Assembly (NCBI GenBank): GCA_963742115.1
Contig: CAVUKQ010000015.1
Span: 113,832-177,831, forward strand
Direction: 5' to 3'
Source of the DNA: an uncultured Gammaproteobacteria bacterium
GTDB lineage: Bacteria; Pseudomonadota; Gammaproteobacteria; Steroidobacterales; Rariloculaceae
Length of the DNA: 64,000 bases
Shown here in pieces: positions 1-9,515 of the stretch. The notes beneath the pieces are model-generated. The model did not search any database and was not told where the DNA came from. It was given only the letters and a program-made list of their open reading frames with translations. Position 1 is the stretch's first letter. The number at the start of each line of letters is the position of its first letter. The position numbers and the translations under genes are program-made.

Positions 1-145
1 CACGAACAACGATTCCATGCGAGACGTCGCGGCCCGATCGTGGGCGGTGACCGACTCGACGATTCTGTCTCCCGACGGCGCGGCTCGTGAGCGTACGGCC
101 GCAGTCGAACGTCAACGAATACGAACAACAAGACAGGAGACAGTC

Positions 146-634
146 ATGCCCAAGCTCATCGCACTCGCCGTATCGGTCGGCGTGCTGGCAGTGCTCGCGA
201 CTTGGATCTTCTTTCTCGAGCCCGTGGCCGCGGCTCACCTACAGGTTTGGCAAGCGTTCATCGCTTGGGGCTGCCACTATCACTCGGGCGGCAAGTTCAC
301 CGGCACTCGCAACACGATCGTCTGCATGAGCTTCGGCGCGGTCGTCGGAATGGCGGCGGTGCTGCTCGCCGCGCACCTCGGCGCGCTCGGAGCCTTTGCC
401 GCGCCCGTCGCGGTCGGCCTTGGCGCCGCGGTGATCGTGCTGTCGTCGCAGATCCCGCTGCTCGCGACGATCCCCGCGAGCGTCTACGGCTTCGCGAGCA
501 TCGCTGGGCTGATCCTGCTCGGGCAGGGAATGACCGCGACCACGTCGCTGCTGCCGACGATCCTGTCGGTGATCATCGGCGCGGTGTTCGGCTTCGTATC
601 GGAAGCGGTGGCAGGCGCGCTCGCGAAGAAGTAG
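146..634 (+). CDS. DUF1097-like inner membrane protein (YcdZ-like)
   Basis: ATG at 146 preceded by AGGAGA (135-140). The translation has four or five hydrophobic helices and resembles E. coli YcdZ/DUF1097 (WGCHYHSGGK..., GLILLGQG). Confidence 0.55.
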   Translation: MPKLIALAVSVGVLAVLATWIFFLEPVAAAHLQVWQAFIAWGCHYHSGGKFTGTRNTIVCMSFGAVVGMAAVLLAAHLGALGAFAAPVAVGLGAAVIVLSSQIPLLATIPASVYGFASIAGLILLGQGMTATTSLLPTILSVIIGAVFGFVSEAVAGALAKK

Positions 635-739
635 CGCTCCGACTTCGACTAGCCGGGCGCCGCTCGCGCCGCTTATCGGCGGCGCTCGTCGGGCGGGCTC
701 TTCCGCACGAACGGACGCGCGAGAACGCCGAACGGCCCG

Positions 740-1803
740 CTACTGTCTGATCCGGGGCGGCGCGGCGACCGGCTGGGCGGCGACTTCCCCTCTGGCGGCC
801 GCCTCGCGCTCCGCGGCGCGCTGGCCCGCGAGGATGTTCGCCATCCCGTAGTTGCCTTCCGTGCAGGCGTACTCGAACAGCACGCCGTGCAGATCCGTCA
901 GCGGATAGGTCCCGGCCCACGGCTCGGCCCAGGTCTCGGGATCGGTCACCGTGAACGAGTATTCCACGGTGTCCTTGCTCACGCGGGTCAGCCGCTCCGT
1001 CACGTGCATGTGCTCGCTCGCGTTGCGCCACGCGGTGGTCGGGTTGAAGCCCACCGTCTCGACCACGAACGTCGCGCCTTCCCAGTGGCCCACCGACGTA
1101 CCGTTCCATTGCGGGAGCTCGGAGCTGCGCGGCTTGCCGTCCGTCGGGATGATCCGCGGATCGCCCATCTCGCCTTGGATCACGACGTAGCCCGGGCTTT
1201 GGAAGATCTGCAGGTTGCTGTTGTAGCCGCCCGGGAGGATCGGCGGCAGCGTGCTCGGCCAGACGATGCAGCGCTCCGTAAGCCCGCGCATCTCGGCGGC
1301 GTCGAACTCGCGGCCCTTGCGCACCGCGGCGCGTGCGTCACGCCGCGCGATCGCGGCGGCCGTGAGCGCCGGAATCCGGCCGTTCTTCGGGCTCGTGATG
1401 ATCGACGTGCGCAGATTCGGCGAGGTCTTGCCCTCGTTCTGACTCAGCTTGAACGTGCCCATGTCGTAGTGCACGTCCTCGGGTGTGCCGGGCTTCGTCT
1501 CGTCGTCCTGGTCGACGGCCTCGAGCACCTTCTTCGCGTAGGTCTCGGCTTCCGCAGGCGAGTCGAAGTATTCCTTCTCGCCGAGCTCGGCCGGCCGCTC
1601 GAGCGGCGCGACGGTGAACTCGCTGAATTGGCCCGAGATGTCGGGCTCGCCCCAGGCGGTCTTCTGCGCCGACTTCGACTGCGCGACGGCACCGGTCGTC
1701 GCGCCGAGCGCGACGGCGACTGCGGCGGCGAGCGCCGCGCGCGCGAACGCGTTGGCGACGCGCGCCGTTCCAGCGGCATGACAGGTATCGGTCAAGTTTT
1801 CCA
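740..1803 (-). CDS. exported protein of unknown function (paralogue of 1809..2621)
   Basis: ATG at 1803 (MENLTD...). Signal peptide ...AVALGATTGAVAQ. Shares QIFQ, WEG(D/A)TFVVE(T/V), PW and E(Y/F)xC(T)E motifs with the upstream gene. Lies 5 nt after that gene's stop. Confidence 0.7.
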
Positions 1804-1808
1804 TCGTC

Positions 1809-2621
1809 TCACTCCCCCTTAGGCGCGGCGCCCTTGCGCAGATGACCGTAGAGCTTCTCTTCGGCGTACGGCTCGCACTTGAACTCCAGCAATCGGAAGC
1901 CGTCGTCGACGATGCGGTACAGCGGCATCCGGATCGTCCACGGCTTCGAGTACACGGTCGCGTCCTCGATCGTGGCCTCGTACCGCAGGTGGTTCGGCCC
2001 GAGCGGGGTATAGCGCTCGACGACCTTCGCGTTGCCGCTCGCGTAGTTGCCGGCGCGATCGAGCCACGTCTGCCCGTTGAGCCCAGTGACCTCGACGACG
2101 AACGTGTCGCCTTCCCAGCGCGCGTTCGACCAGCCCATCCAGCTGTCGAGCGGCGCATCGTCCTTGCCGTTCACGAAGATCCGGCGCATGCCCGTCGCGA
2201 ACTGATACACGATCACGACGTCTTTGACGTTCTGGAAGATCTGAAACGGGTACGGCATGTAGGTGGAGCGCGGCACCCCACCCATGTAGCACTTGCCCTC
2301 GGGATCGTCGGCAACGCGATTCGCGAAGTTCTGGTCTCGCTGTGCGACCGCCTCGGGCAGATACGGGATCTTGCCGCCGTCGATGACGCCCTGTCCGGGC
2401 GGCACCGCGAACTGCGCGCCGAGCTCGATCACCACGGGAAAGTCCGAGACGTGCGGCTCGAGGTTCCAGTGCGCGGTGTTCATGGCTTGCCAGACACCCG
2501 ACAGGTCGGGATGGCCATCGGCCGAGCGCGGGAATTCCTTCAGCGGCTCCGCCCCGACAGACCGGGCCGTGCCGAGCGCGATCGCGGCAAGCGCGACCGC
2601 CGACATGATGACGTGCTTCAC
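1809..2621 (-). CDS. exported protein of unknown function (paralogue of 740..1803)
   Basis: GTG at 2621 (or ATG at 2606). Signal peptide MSAVALAAIALGTARSVGA. PDLSGVW motif. The start overlaps the stop of the DUF6152 gene by 4 nt. Confidence 0.7.
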   Translation of the reverse strand: MKHVIMSAVALAAIALGTARSVGAEPLKEFPRSADGHPDLSGVWQAMNTAHWNLEPHVSDFPVVIELGAQFAVPPGQGVIDGGKIPYLPEAVAQRDQNFANRVADDPEGKCYMGGVPRSTYMPYPFQIFQNVKDVVIVYQFATGMRRIFVNGKDDAPLDSWMGWSNARWEGDTFVVEVTGLNGQTWLDRAGNYASGNAKVVERYTPLGPNHLRYEATIEDATVYSKPWTIRMPLYRIVDDGFRLLEFKCEPYAEEKLYGHLRKGAAPKGE

Positions 2622-3031
2622 GGGGACGGCGCCGCGGCGGCCGGCGACGAGCCTTCGAAGAACAGCGCTCGGCCGTCGGTGAACTTGATGTCGCGGCCCA
2701 CCGCGCGATTCGACCCGTCGCGCGCCTGATAGCCCTCGATCGAGAGCTCGGAGCCGACCGGCACCGACGCCTTCGTGACGCCGCGGCGCACGAGCGCGTT
2801 CGGGCTGCCGCCTTCGATCATCCAACGAACGGTGTTGCCGCTCGCGTCGACGACGTCGATGTGGATCCACGAGTGCGGATTGATGAGCTCGAGCTTCGCG
2901 ACCTTGCCCACCAGCGTGACGGGCTTCGCGACGTCGAACTCGGTCGCGAATGCGTGGTGGGCCTGGGCCGCGAGCGCGGCCCACGCGAGACCGAGACCCG
3001 CGAGGATCACGGTCAGCGGCTTGAATGCCAT
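2618..3031 (-). CDS. DUF6152-like small exported protein
   Basis: MAFKPLTVILAGLGLAWAALAAQA signal peptide followed by HHAFATEFD..., the typical DUF6152 N-terminus. About 137 aa. Confidence 0.65.
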   Translation of the reverse strand: MAFKPLTVILAGLGLAWAALAAQAHHAFATEFDVAKPVTLVGKVAKLELINPHSWIHIDVVDASGNTVRWMIEGGSPNALVRRGVTKASVPVGSELSIEGYQARDGSNRAVGRDIKFTDGRALFFEGSSPAAAAPSP

Positions 3032-3056
3032 GCAACTTCCCCCGGGAGCCTGTCGG

Positions 3057-4731
3057 CTACTCCGCAACGTCCTCCGAACCTGCGGCTATTCTCGCCGTAG
3101 CGGAGCCCGAGGTCGAGGTCGCCGCGGAGGCGATCAAGGACTCGATCAGCTCCGCCGTGTCTTTGTGCGGCTCGGCGGCCTGTCTCAAGAAATCTTCGCT
3201 GTAGTTGCCGCGGGCGAGGTCGAGAGGCGTCCGGCCGCGCGCGTCTTTGGCCTCGAGATCCGCGCCGTTGGCTGCGAGAAACTTGACGATCGAGTTGAAC
3301 CCCTTCATCGCGGCGCCGTGCAGGGCCGTGCGGTGCGGCACCGCGTCCGGGCTCGGCACCTGGCGGCCGCGCGTCGCGAACGTGTAGTTGCCCGCCCGAG
3401 CGGCGCTGTTGACGCCCTCGTACGGCCGGTCGCCGGTGTTCGGCTCCGCGATCATCCGCGCGTTCACGTCGGCGCCCGCGTCCACGAGCAACTGCATCGT
3501 CGCGAGCACGCCCTCCTCGGTGCGGTTGCGGCCGCGTGTGACGCGCAGGCCGTATTCGACGCCGGCCGCGGCCATCAGCGGCGTGACGCCGTTGTTGCTC
3601 GGCAAGTCGACGAGCGCACCGTGCTCGAGCAGGAGCTTCACGGCCGGCGCGTCGCCCGCGCGCGCGGCGCGCAGGAGCGGCGTCGCGCCGACGGACAGGA
3701 TCGTGTCGCCGCCGCGGTCGTTGGGAACGTTGCGGTACGGCGGCCGGCGCTTGAGCTGGATGTTCGGATTCGCGCCCTTGTCGAGCAGCAGTCGCGCGAC
3801 GTCGAGCCCCGTGTGCTTGTCCATGCTCGGGATCGCGGACATGGAGCCGCTGCCCTGCGTCGGCAGCGTGTTCATGTCGACCGCTTGGTACAGCGGCGTG
3901 CGGCCGAATAGGTCCCACTTGTCGACGTCGGCGCCCGCTTCGATCAGGTACGCCGCGAGGTCGAAGTGCAGATTGTTGATCGCGAGCGCGAGCGACGTGA
4001 CGCGCTCCGGGTCGGTGATGTCGATGTCCGCGCCGCCTTCGACGAGGTTCCGGGCGCAGGCAATGCAGCCTTCGCGCGCGGCATAGAGCAGTGCCGTGAA
4101 GCCGCCCCGGTTCATGTCTTTCGGCCGCGGCTCGGTGAGGATGCGGCGCTGCCAATCGCGCTCGAGGCCGCGCGCATCGGGGTCGGCGCCGTTCGCCGAC
4201 GAGGAACTTCACCATCTCGGGCTGGCTCTGCGCGGCGGCCCACATCAGCGCCGACTGGCCGCCCCATTCTTCCTTCGCGTTCACGTCCGCACCCGCCGCG
4301 ATCAGCAGCTTCGCGGACTCCACGTTGCCGGTGCGCGCGACGACCATGAGCGGCGTCTCACCCTCGGGGTTGGTATGGCGCACGTCGGCGCCCGCGTCCA
4401 CGAGCGCCTTGATGATCGGCGTCGCGCCGAGGACCGCGCCTTCGGACAGCGCGGTCGCGCCGTAATCGTTCACCGCGTTCACGTCGGCGCCGCCCTTGAT
4501 GAGCCGCGGCAACAGATCCGCGTAGCCGTGATAGGCCGCAAACATCAACGTGGTCGTGCCGTCGGCACCGCGCGCCTTCGCGTCTGCGCCCGCGTCGAGC
4601 AGCTTTGCCGCGGCCGCGTGATTGCCGGCCTCGAGCACGTCGAGCAACGTAGGCTCCGCGGCGGCGGCCCCCAAAGCGAGGGAGACGCCCGCGAGCGAGA
4701 CGGCCGCGAGCGCGGCGAAGTGGGCTTTCAT
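3057..4731 (-). pseudogene. exported ankyrin-repeat protein, reading frame broken once (about 4196-4197)
   Basis: N-terminal part (signal peptide plus ANK repeats, frame of ORF 3013..4731) reads ...PEMVKFLV. The continuation ANGADPDARGLERDWQRRILTEPRPKDMNRGGFTALLYAAREG... is in the frame of ORF 3057..4115. One extra nucleotide (coding gtcGgcgaac) separates them. Confidence 0.8.
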
Positions 4732-4734
4732 GTT

Positions 4735-6018
4735 CTAAACCTCCGTGAGCGTGCCGCCGCTGTCGCCGATCGACTCCACGGGGATTTGCGAGCGGTCGAA
4801 CAGGGTCACGAGCAAGTCGGCGAAGCGCGAGTCCTGCGGATACTTCAGATGCTGGCCGCCTTTGATCCGGCCGTGTGCGCGCCCGACGATCACCGCGGGC
4901 AGCGGGTCGTTGTTGTGGCGGTTGCTGTCGCTCATGTTGCTGCCGAACAGGATCGTCGAGTGATCGAGCACGTTGCCGTCGGTCTCCTTCGCGTTCGCGA
5001 GTCGATCGACGAACCCCGTGAACATCTTCGTGTGGAAGTTCTGGATCTTGACGAGCTTCTCCTGCTTGTCCGCGATGTTTCCGTGGTGCGACAGCGGATG
5101 GAACGCCTCGGAAATGCCGAGGTTCTGGTAGGAGCGCATGCTCGCTTCCTTGTCGAGCGAGAGCGTGATCACGCGCGTGAGGTCCGCCTGGAACGCGAGC
5201 CCCATCAGGTCGAACATCATCTGCATGTGCTCGACGATGTCGTTCGGCACGCCGATCGGCGCGTCGGGAATCTCGAGCGCGGAGTTGTCGGCCGTCGCGG
5301 CCATCTGCACGCGCCGCTCGATCTCGCGGACCGAGCTCAAATAGTCGTCGACGGCCGCGCGGTCGGCGCCGCCGAGCGAAGCCTCGAGCGCGTTCGCGTC
5401 CTCGCTGACGCGGTCGAGCAAGCTGCCCGTCTCGTGGACGATCGCCTGGCGTTCGGCGTCCGTGTCGCCCTGGCCGAACAAGCGGTAGAACACGGCCCGC
5501 GGATTGCCTTCCTGGGGCAGCGATTGCTTCGGAGTGCGCCACGCGACCTGCGCGCCGCGCAGCGCTGTGCACAGCTCGAGCGACGGTAGCCGCGTGTCTT
5601 GACCGATGTGGCGCGCTGCGAACTGGTCGGCCGTGACGCCGGCGTCGGGTCCGGCCACGCCCGCGTTGGCCATCGACACGCAGCTGAGCCACGTCCGCTC
5701 GATGTACGCGTGCGGCTCGGGGCTCTCGGCGGGCTTATTGCGCAGGCCCGACACGATCGTGAGGTAGTCGCGGTATTTGTCGAGCGGCTCGAGGATCGGC
5801 GGGATCTTGAAGTCCTTGCCGGCCTGCTCGGGTACCCAGCTCTTCATCACGGCACCCATCGGGAAACCGACGAACGCCATCCGCTGCGGGGCCTTCGCGG
5901 CGGTCGCCGCCCACGCCGTTCCGGCGGGAATCATCGCATCGAGTAGCGGCAGCGCGATCGTCGCGCCCGCACCCTTCAACACGGTTCGACGCGATAGATG
6001 CTTCTTCGTGATGAACAT
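4735..6018 (-). CDS. DUF1552 domain protein with Tat-type signal
   Basis: MFITKKHLSRRTVLKGAGATIALPLLDAM is the canonical DUF1552 N-terminus. 427 aa, intact. Stop lies 3 nt before the ankyrin gene start. Confidence 0.85.
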   Translation of the reverse strand: MFITKKHLSRRTVLKGAGATIALPLLDAMIPAGTAWAATAAKAPQRMAFVGFPMGAVMKSWVPEQAGKDFKIPPILEPLDKYRDYLTIVSGLRNKPAESPEPHAYIERTWLSCVSMANAGVAGPDAGVTADQFAARHIGQDTRLPSLELCTALRGAQVAWRTPKQSLPQEGNPRAVFYRLFGQGDTDAERQAIVHETGSLLDRVSEDANALEASLGGADRAAVDDYLSSVREIERRVQMAATADNSALEIPDAPIGVPNDIVEHMQMMFDLMGLAFQADLTRVITLSLDKEASMRSYQNLGISEAFHPLSHHGNIADKQEKLVKIQNFHTKMFTGFVDRLANAKETDGNVLDHSTILFGSNMSDSNRHNNDPLPAVIVGRAHGRIKGGQHLKYPQDSRFADLLVTLFDRSQIPVESIGDSGGTLTEV

Positions 6019-6092
6019 GTCGCTGTCTCCTAATCTCTCGCCAAATCTGCTCTCAAACCCTCGAAACTACGAACGCGCGGCTCGCGGACCGG

Positions 6093-8552
6093 TCATTTGC
6101 CGGACACGGCCTGGGCCGTCACTTGCGCTGGAATCGCTTCTTTCGACGTCACGCTCTCGGGCTTCTGCCGGAGCTGGAAGTCCTCGCTCTGCACGATCGC
6201 CCAGACGATCGACGCAAAGCGCCAATCGTCAGCCTTCGTCTCACGCACGATCCTGCGCACCGTCGGCATGTCGGCGTAGGTCAACGTGCGGCCGAGCGCG
6301 TAGGTAAGCAGGCGCTCGGTGAACGTCTGCACGAATTGGTCCGGGTGCTTGAGCAGCGCCGTGCGCAGGTCGTCGGGACCGTGCAGAGCCGTGCCGTCCG
6401 GCAGCTTGCCCGACGTGTCGAGCGGCGCGCCGTTGCTGAAGCGATCCACGTCGCGCCAGGTGCCGACCGCGTCGAAGTTCTCGAGCGCGAAGCCGAGCGG
6501 ATCCATGATGCCGTGGCACGAGAAGCACGTGGGATTCGTGCTGTGAGCCGCCATGCGCTCGCGAACGGTCGCGAAGTTCAGCGCGTTCGTCTCGTTCTCC
6601 TTCAGCGCGGGGACTTCGGCGGGCGGCGCGGTCGGCGGTGTGCCCATGAGATGCTCGAGAATGAACGCGCCGCGCAACACCGGCGACGTGCGGTTCGGAT
6701 ACGCGGCCGCCATGAGGATCGCGCCCTTGCCGAGCAGGCCGAAGCGTGTCGAGTCCGTCAGTTTCACGCGCTGGAACGTGTCGCCCTTCACTTCGGTGAT
6801 GCCGTACAGCAGAGCGACGCGCTCGTTGACGTAGGTGTGATCCGCGGTCATGAGATCGAGCACGCTGCGGTTCTCGTCGAAGATGCTCTGCGCGAACAGC
6901 TCGAGCTCGGTCATGAAGTCGCTGCGCGGGTCGCCGCTGCCGGAGGCGTACGGATAGACGGCGCGGTCCGGGTCCACTTCGTCCAAGCGCGCCATGTTGA
7001 GCCACTGCGGCACGAAGTTGCTGCCGAGCGTCGCGGCACGCGGGTCGGCGAGCATTCGGCTCACCTGGGCCTTGAGCGCGGCTGGCTTGCTGAGCTCGCC
7101 GCGGCTCGCGATGTCGCGCAGCTCGTCGTCGGGGATCGTGTTCCAGAGGAAGAACGAGAGCTTGGAGGCGAGCTCGAGATCGTCGATCTTGTAGCGCTCG
7201 CCGACGGCCAATGTCTCGGGTACGCGCTCGCCGCGATACAGGAAGTTCGGGTTCGCGAGAATGCCGGTGATCGCGCTGCGGATGCCTTCCTCGAATCCGC
7301 CGGCCGCGGACCCGTCGCGGTAGTAGCGCAGCAGCTTCTGCAGATCCGTCTCGGCGAGCGGCCGCCGGTACGCGCGCGTGCCGAGCGACGACAGGATCTT
7401 CTCGGCGCACAGCTCCGCGTCGTCGCCGCGCGACGGGTGACAGCTGAAGATGCGCTCGCGGCTCGGCGTCGGGCTCAACCCGCTCGCATTGAACGGGCCC
7501 GCGACCTGGAACGAGCTCACGCGGTAAATACGGTCTTGTCCGCCCCCCGGGACGAAGATCTCGAGCCGGTCGTCGGACTCGGCGTAGGTTCTACGCAGGA
7601 ACGTCACTCCGAGCTTGTGAGGACCCGCGGTCGCGCGGAACTTGATGTTCTTGAGGCCCGCGTTGATCGCGTCGAACGCTCCGGCCGGTTCCTGATCGTA
7701 GCGCTTCATGTCCTTGTCGCCGCCGATCACCGTCCTGTAGATCTCCTTGCTGTCGAGCGTCACGAGCACGGTGTTCTCGAACTCCATGTCGTTGCCCCAG
7801 ATGTGGCCCGCCATGTCCGCGATGTTGATCTCGTAGTCGCCGTCGGATGGGAAGTAGTGCTCGGCCAAGATCCCGCCGCGCGTGCCTAGCGGCAGACCCG
7901 GCAGGTGCGTTTGCTGCGTGCCGGGCTTCGCGTTGTACGTCGTGCTGCCGGGCCGCGCATCGGGCCGGCCCACGGCCTGCACGGCAACCGTGCGCGCCGC
8001 GATCATGTACTGCTCGATGAACGACGGGGACACCTGCAGCGCGCTCGCGATGTTGTCGAAGCCGCCGGCGACCTCGTCCTGCGGGAGAATCGTGGCCGCG
8101 TCGATGTCGAGGTCGAGCAGGTCGTGCACCGCGTTCGCGTACTCCTTGCGATTGAGGCGCTGCAGCGTGATCCGCTCGGGGACGCGATTCGCGGCCGCTT
8201 TGTCGAGCGACCCCTCGAGCCACGACACGAACGAATAGAGCTGCTGCTCGTCGGGCCGCGGCTCCTTGGGCGGCGGCATCAGGTGGCCGCGGAGCTTGCG
8301 CACGGCCTTCTCGAAGGCCTCGGCGTTCGCCGCGACGTTCTCGGGCCCCATCTTGTCGAACGAGAGCTGGCCCGCGAGCTCGGTGTCGTTGTGGCACTCG
8401 ACGCAATACTTCTTCACGAGCTGCCACTGCTCGCCGCCATCCGCGGCGGCGCGCGACCCCGCGTCGAACTTTCCGCAGCCCGCGACGAGCGCGAGCGCGC
8501 AACCTAGCGCGACGCGCTTCGTAGTTAGGAGTTGCATTAGGACCCCGCTCAT
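6093..8552 (-). CDS. DUF1592/DUF1588/DUF1587/DUF1585/DUF1595-type multidomain lipoprotein with two CxxCH haem-c motifs
   Basis: 819 aa. Lipobox LVAGC. CVECH near the N-terminus and CFSCHGIMDPLGFALENFD near the C-terminus. This is the usual partner of DUF1552. Confidence 0.85.
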   Translation of the reverse strand: MSGVLMQLLTTKRVALGCALALVAGCGKFDAGSRAAADGGEQWQLVKKYCVECHNDTELAGQLSFDKMGPENVAANAEAFEKAVRKLRGHLMPPPKEPRPDEQQLYSFVSWLEGSLDKAAANRVPERITLQRLNRKEYANAVHDLLDLDIDAATILPQDEVAGGFDNIASALQVSPSFIEQYMIAARTVAVQAVGRPDARPGSTTYNAKPGTQQTHLPGLPLGTRGGILAEHYFPSDGDYEINIADMAGHIWGNDMEFENTVLVTLDSKEIYRTVIGGDKDMKRYDQEPAGAFDAINAGLKNIKFRATAGPHKLGVTFLRRTYAESDDRLEIFVPGGGQDRIYRVSSFQVAGPFNASGLSPTPSRERIFSCHPSRGDDAELCAEKILSSLGTRAYRRPLAETDLQKLLRYYRDGSAAGGFEEGIRSAITGILANPNFLYRGERVPETLAVGERYKIDDLELASKLSFFLWNTIPDDELRDIASRGELSKPAALKAQVSRMLADPRAATLGSNFVPQWLNMARLDEVDPDRAVYPYASGSGDPRSDFMTELELFAQSIFDENRSVLDLMTADHTYVNERVALLYGITEVKGDTFQRVKLTDSTRFGLLGKGAILMAAAYPNRTSPVLRGAFILEHLMGTPPTAPPAEVPALKENETNALNFATVRERMAAHSTNPTCFSCHGIMDPLGFALENFDAVGTWRDVDRFSNGAPLDTSGKLPDGTALHGPDDLRTALLKHPDQFVQTFTERLLTYALGRTLTYADMPTVRRIVRETKADDWRFASIVWAIVQSEDFQLRQKPESVTSKEAIPAQVTAQAVSGK

Positions 8553-8573
8553 AGCCAGCCTCGGTAGGTGTAA

Positions 8574-9512
8574 TCAAGCATCGGGCGTTAGATAGGCCCA
8601 TAGACTTCGAAACGACCGCGCCACGAATTCGTCCGGGTTGCCCATCGCGGCGTCGAACTCTTTGGTCGGATTCGCGGCGACGGCTTCGTCGGGCCCGCGC
8701 CCCGTGTACAGCAGCTTGGCGAGCCGCTCCCAGACGACGTTGTACATGTCGTATTGGCGCTGCAGCTCCGCAAACTTGAGCACCGGGCCGCGGGCCGGGA
8801 CGATCCGCGTGTCGGCGTTCGCGATCTTCAAGAGATGCTGGAGCCCGCCGACGAGGCCGCCGATCCAACCGCCGGTCCACCAATCGGGCAGCTGCCAACC
8901 GTCTCCGGAGAGCGCGCCGCCCACGGCGAGCACGTTGGCATCCGGCAGGAACACGTACATGTCGCCGTCGGTATGCGGGCAATCACGCAGATGGCCGTAC
9001 TCGATGTGCTTGTCGCCCGCCGCGAGCTCGCCGCGCGAATAGAACGTCTTGTTCGGGCGCGCGCCTTGCGGCAACGGCTGAACGGTTTCGTGGCTCCACG
9101 GCCAAGTGACGTCGGTCGTCAACCACAGCCGTGTGTTCTCTTGCGCGATGATCGTCGCGCCGGCCTTGCCGAGCGTCTCGTTCAAGCCGGTCTGCTCGGG
9201 GTGCCAATGCGTGTTGAACAGCGTGTGGATCGGACCCGCGCCGGGGAGCGCCGCGACGGCCTTCATGAGCGCCGCCGAGACGCCGGCCGACGCGCCGTCG
9301 ACGAGCGCGGCGCCGTCGACGCCCGTGAGCGCGAGCACGTTCGAACCCGCGGCCGTGAGCACGTGCAGGCCGTCGCCGAGCTGCTGCACGAGTACGTCGT
9401 CCGCGCGCGCTTGCGCGCGCGCGCTGCCCGGGCGCAGCGCCGGAAGCCCGAGCGACATTCCGGCGAGGCCGAGCGCCCCGTGCAGTACCTTCCTTCGCGA
9501 CGCGTAGCGCAT
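8574..9512 (-). CDS. MBL-fold metallo-hydrolase with Tat signal and atypical metal motif
   Basis: MRYASRRKVLHGALGLAGMSLG Tat-like signal. THWHPEQTG replaces the HxHxDH motif. 312 aa. Start lies 4 nt after the TBDR stop. Confidence 0.75.
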   Translation of the reverse strand: MRYASRRKVLHGALGLAGMSLGLPALRPGSARAQARADDVLVQQLGDGLHVLTAAGSNVLALTGVDGAALVDGASAGVSAALMKAVAALPGAGPIHTLFNTHWHPEQTGLNETLGKAGATIIAQENTRLWLTTDVTWPWSHETVQPLPQGARPNKTFYSRGELAAGDKHIEYGHLRDCPHTDGDMYVFLPDANVLAVGGALSGDGWQLPDWWTGGWIGGLVGGLQHLLKIANADTRIVPARGPVLKFAELQRQYDMYNVVWERLAKLLYTGRGPDEAVAANPTKEFDAAMGNPDEFVARSFRSLWAYLTPDA

Positions 9513-9515
9513 GGG

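Noticed and set aside
4096-5589. Long ORFs antisense to, or out of frame with, recognised genes. Examples are 4096..5589+, 6123..7889+, 32616..34484+, 44161..45579+, 45715..47424+ and 59194..61500+, among many others in the track.
   Set aside because: They overlap strongly conserved genes on the other strand or frame. Their translations are Arg/Ala/Gly/Pro-rich with no recognisable motifs. This is the expected artefact of stop-codon scarcity in high-GC DNA.
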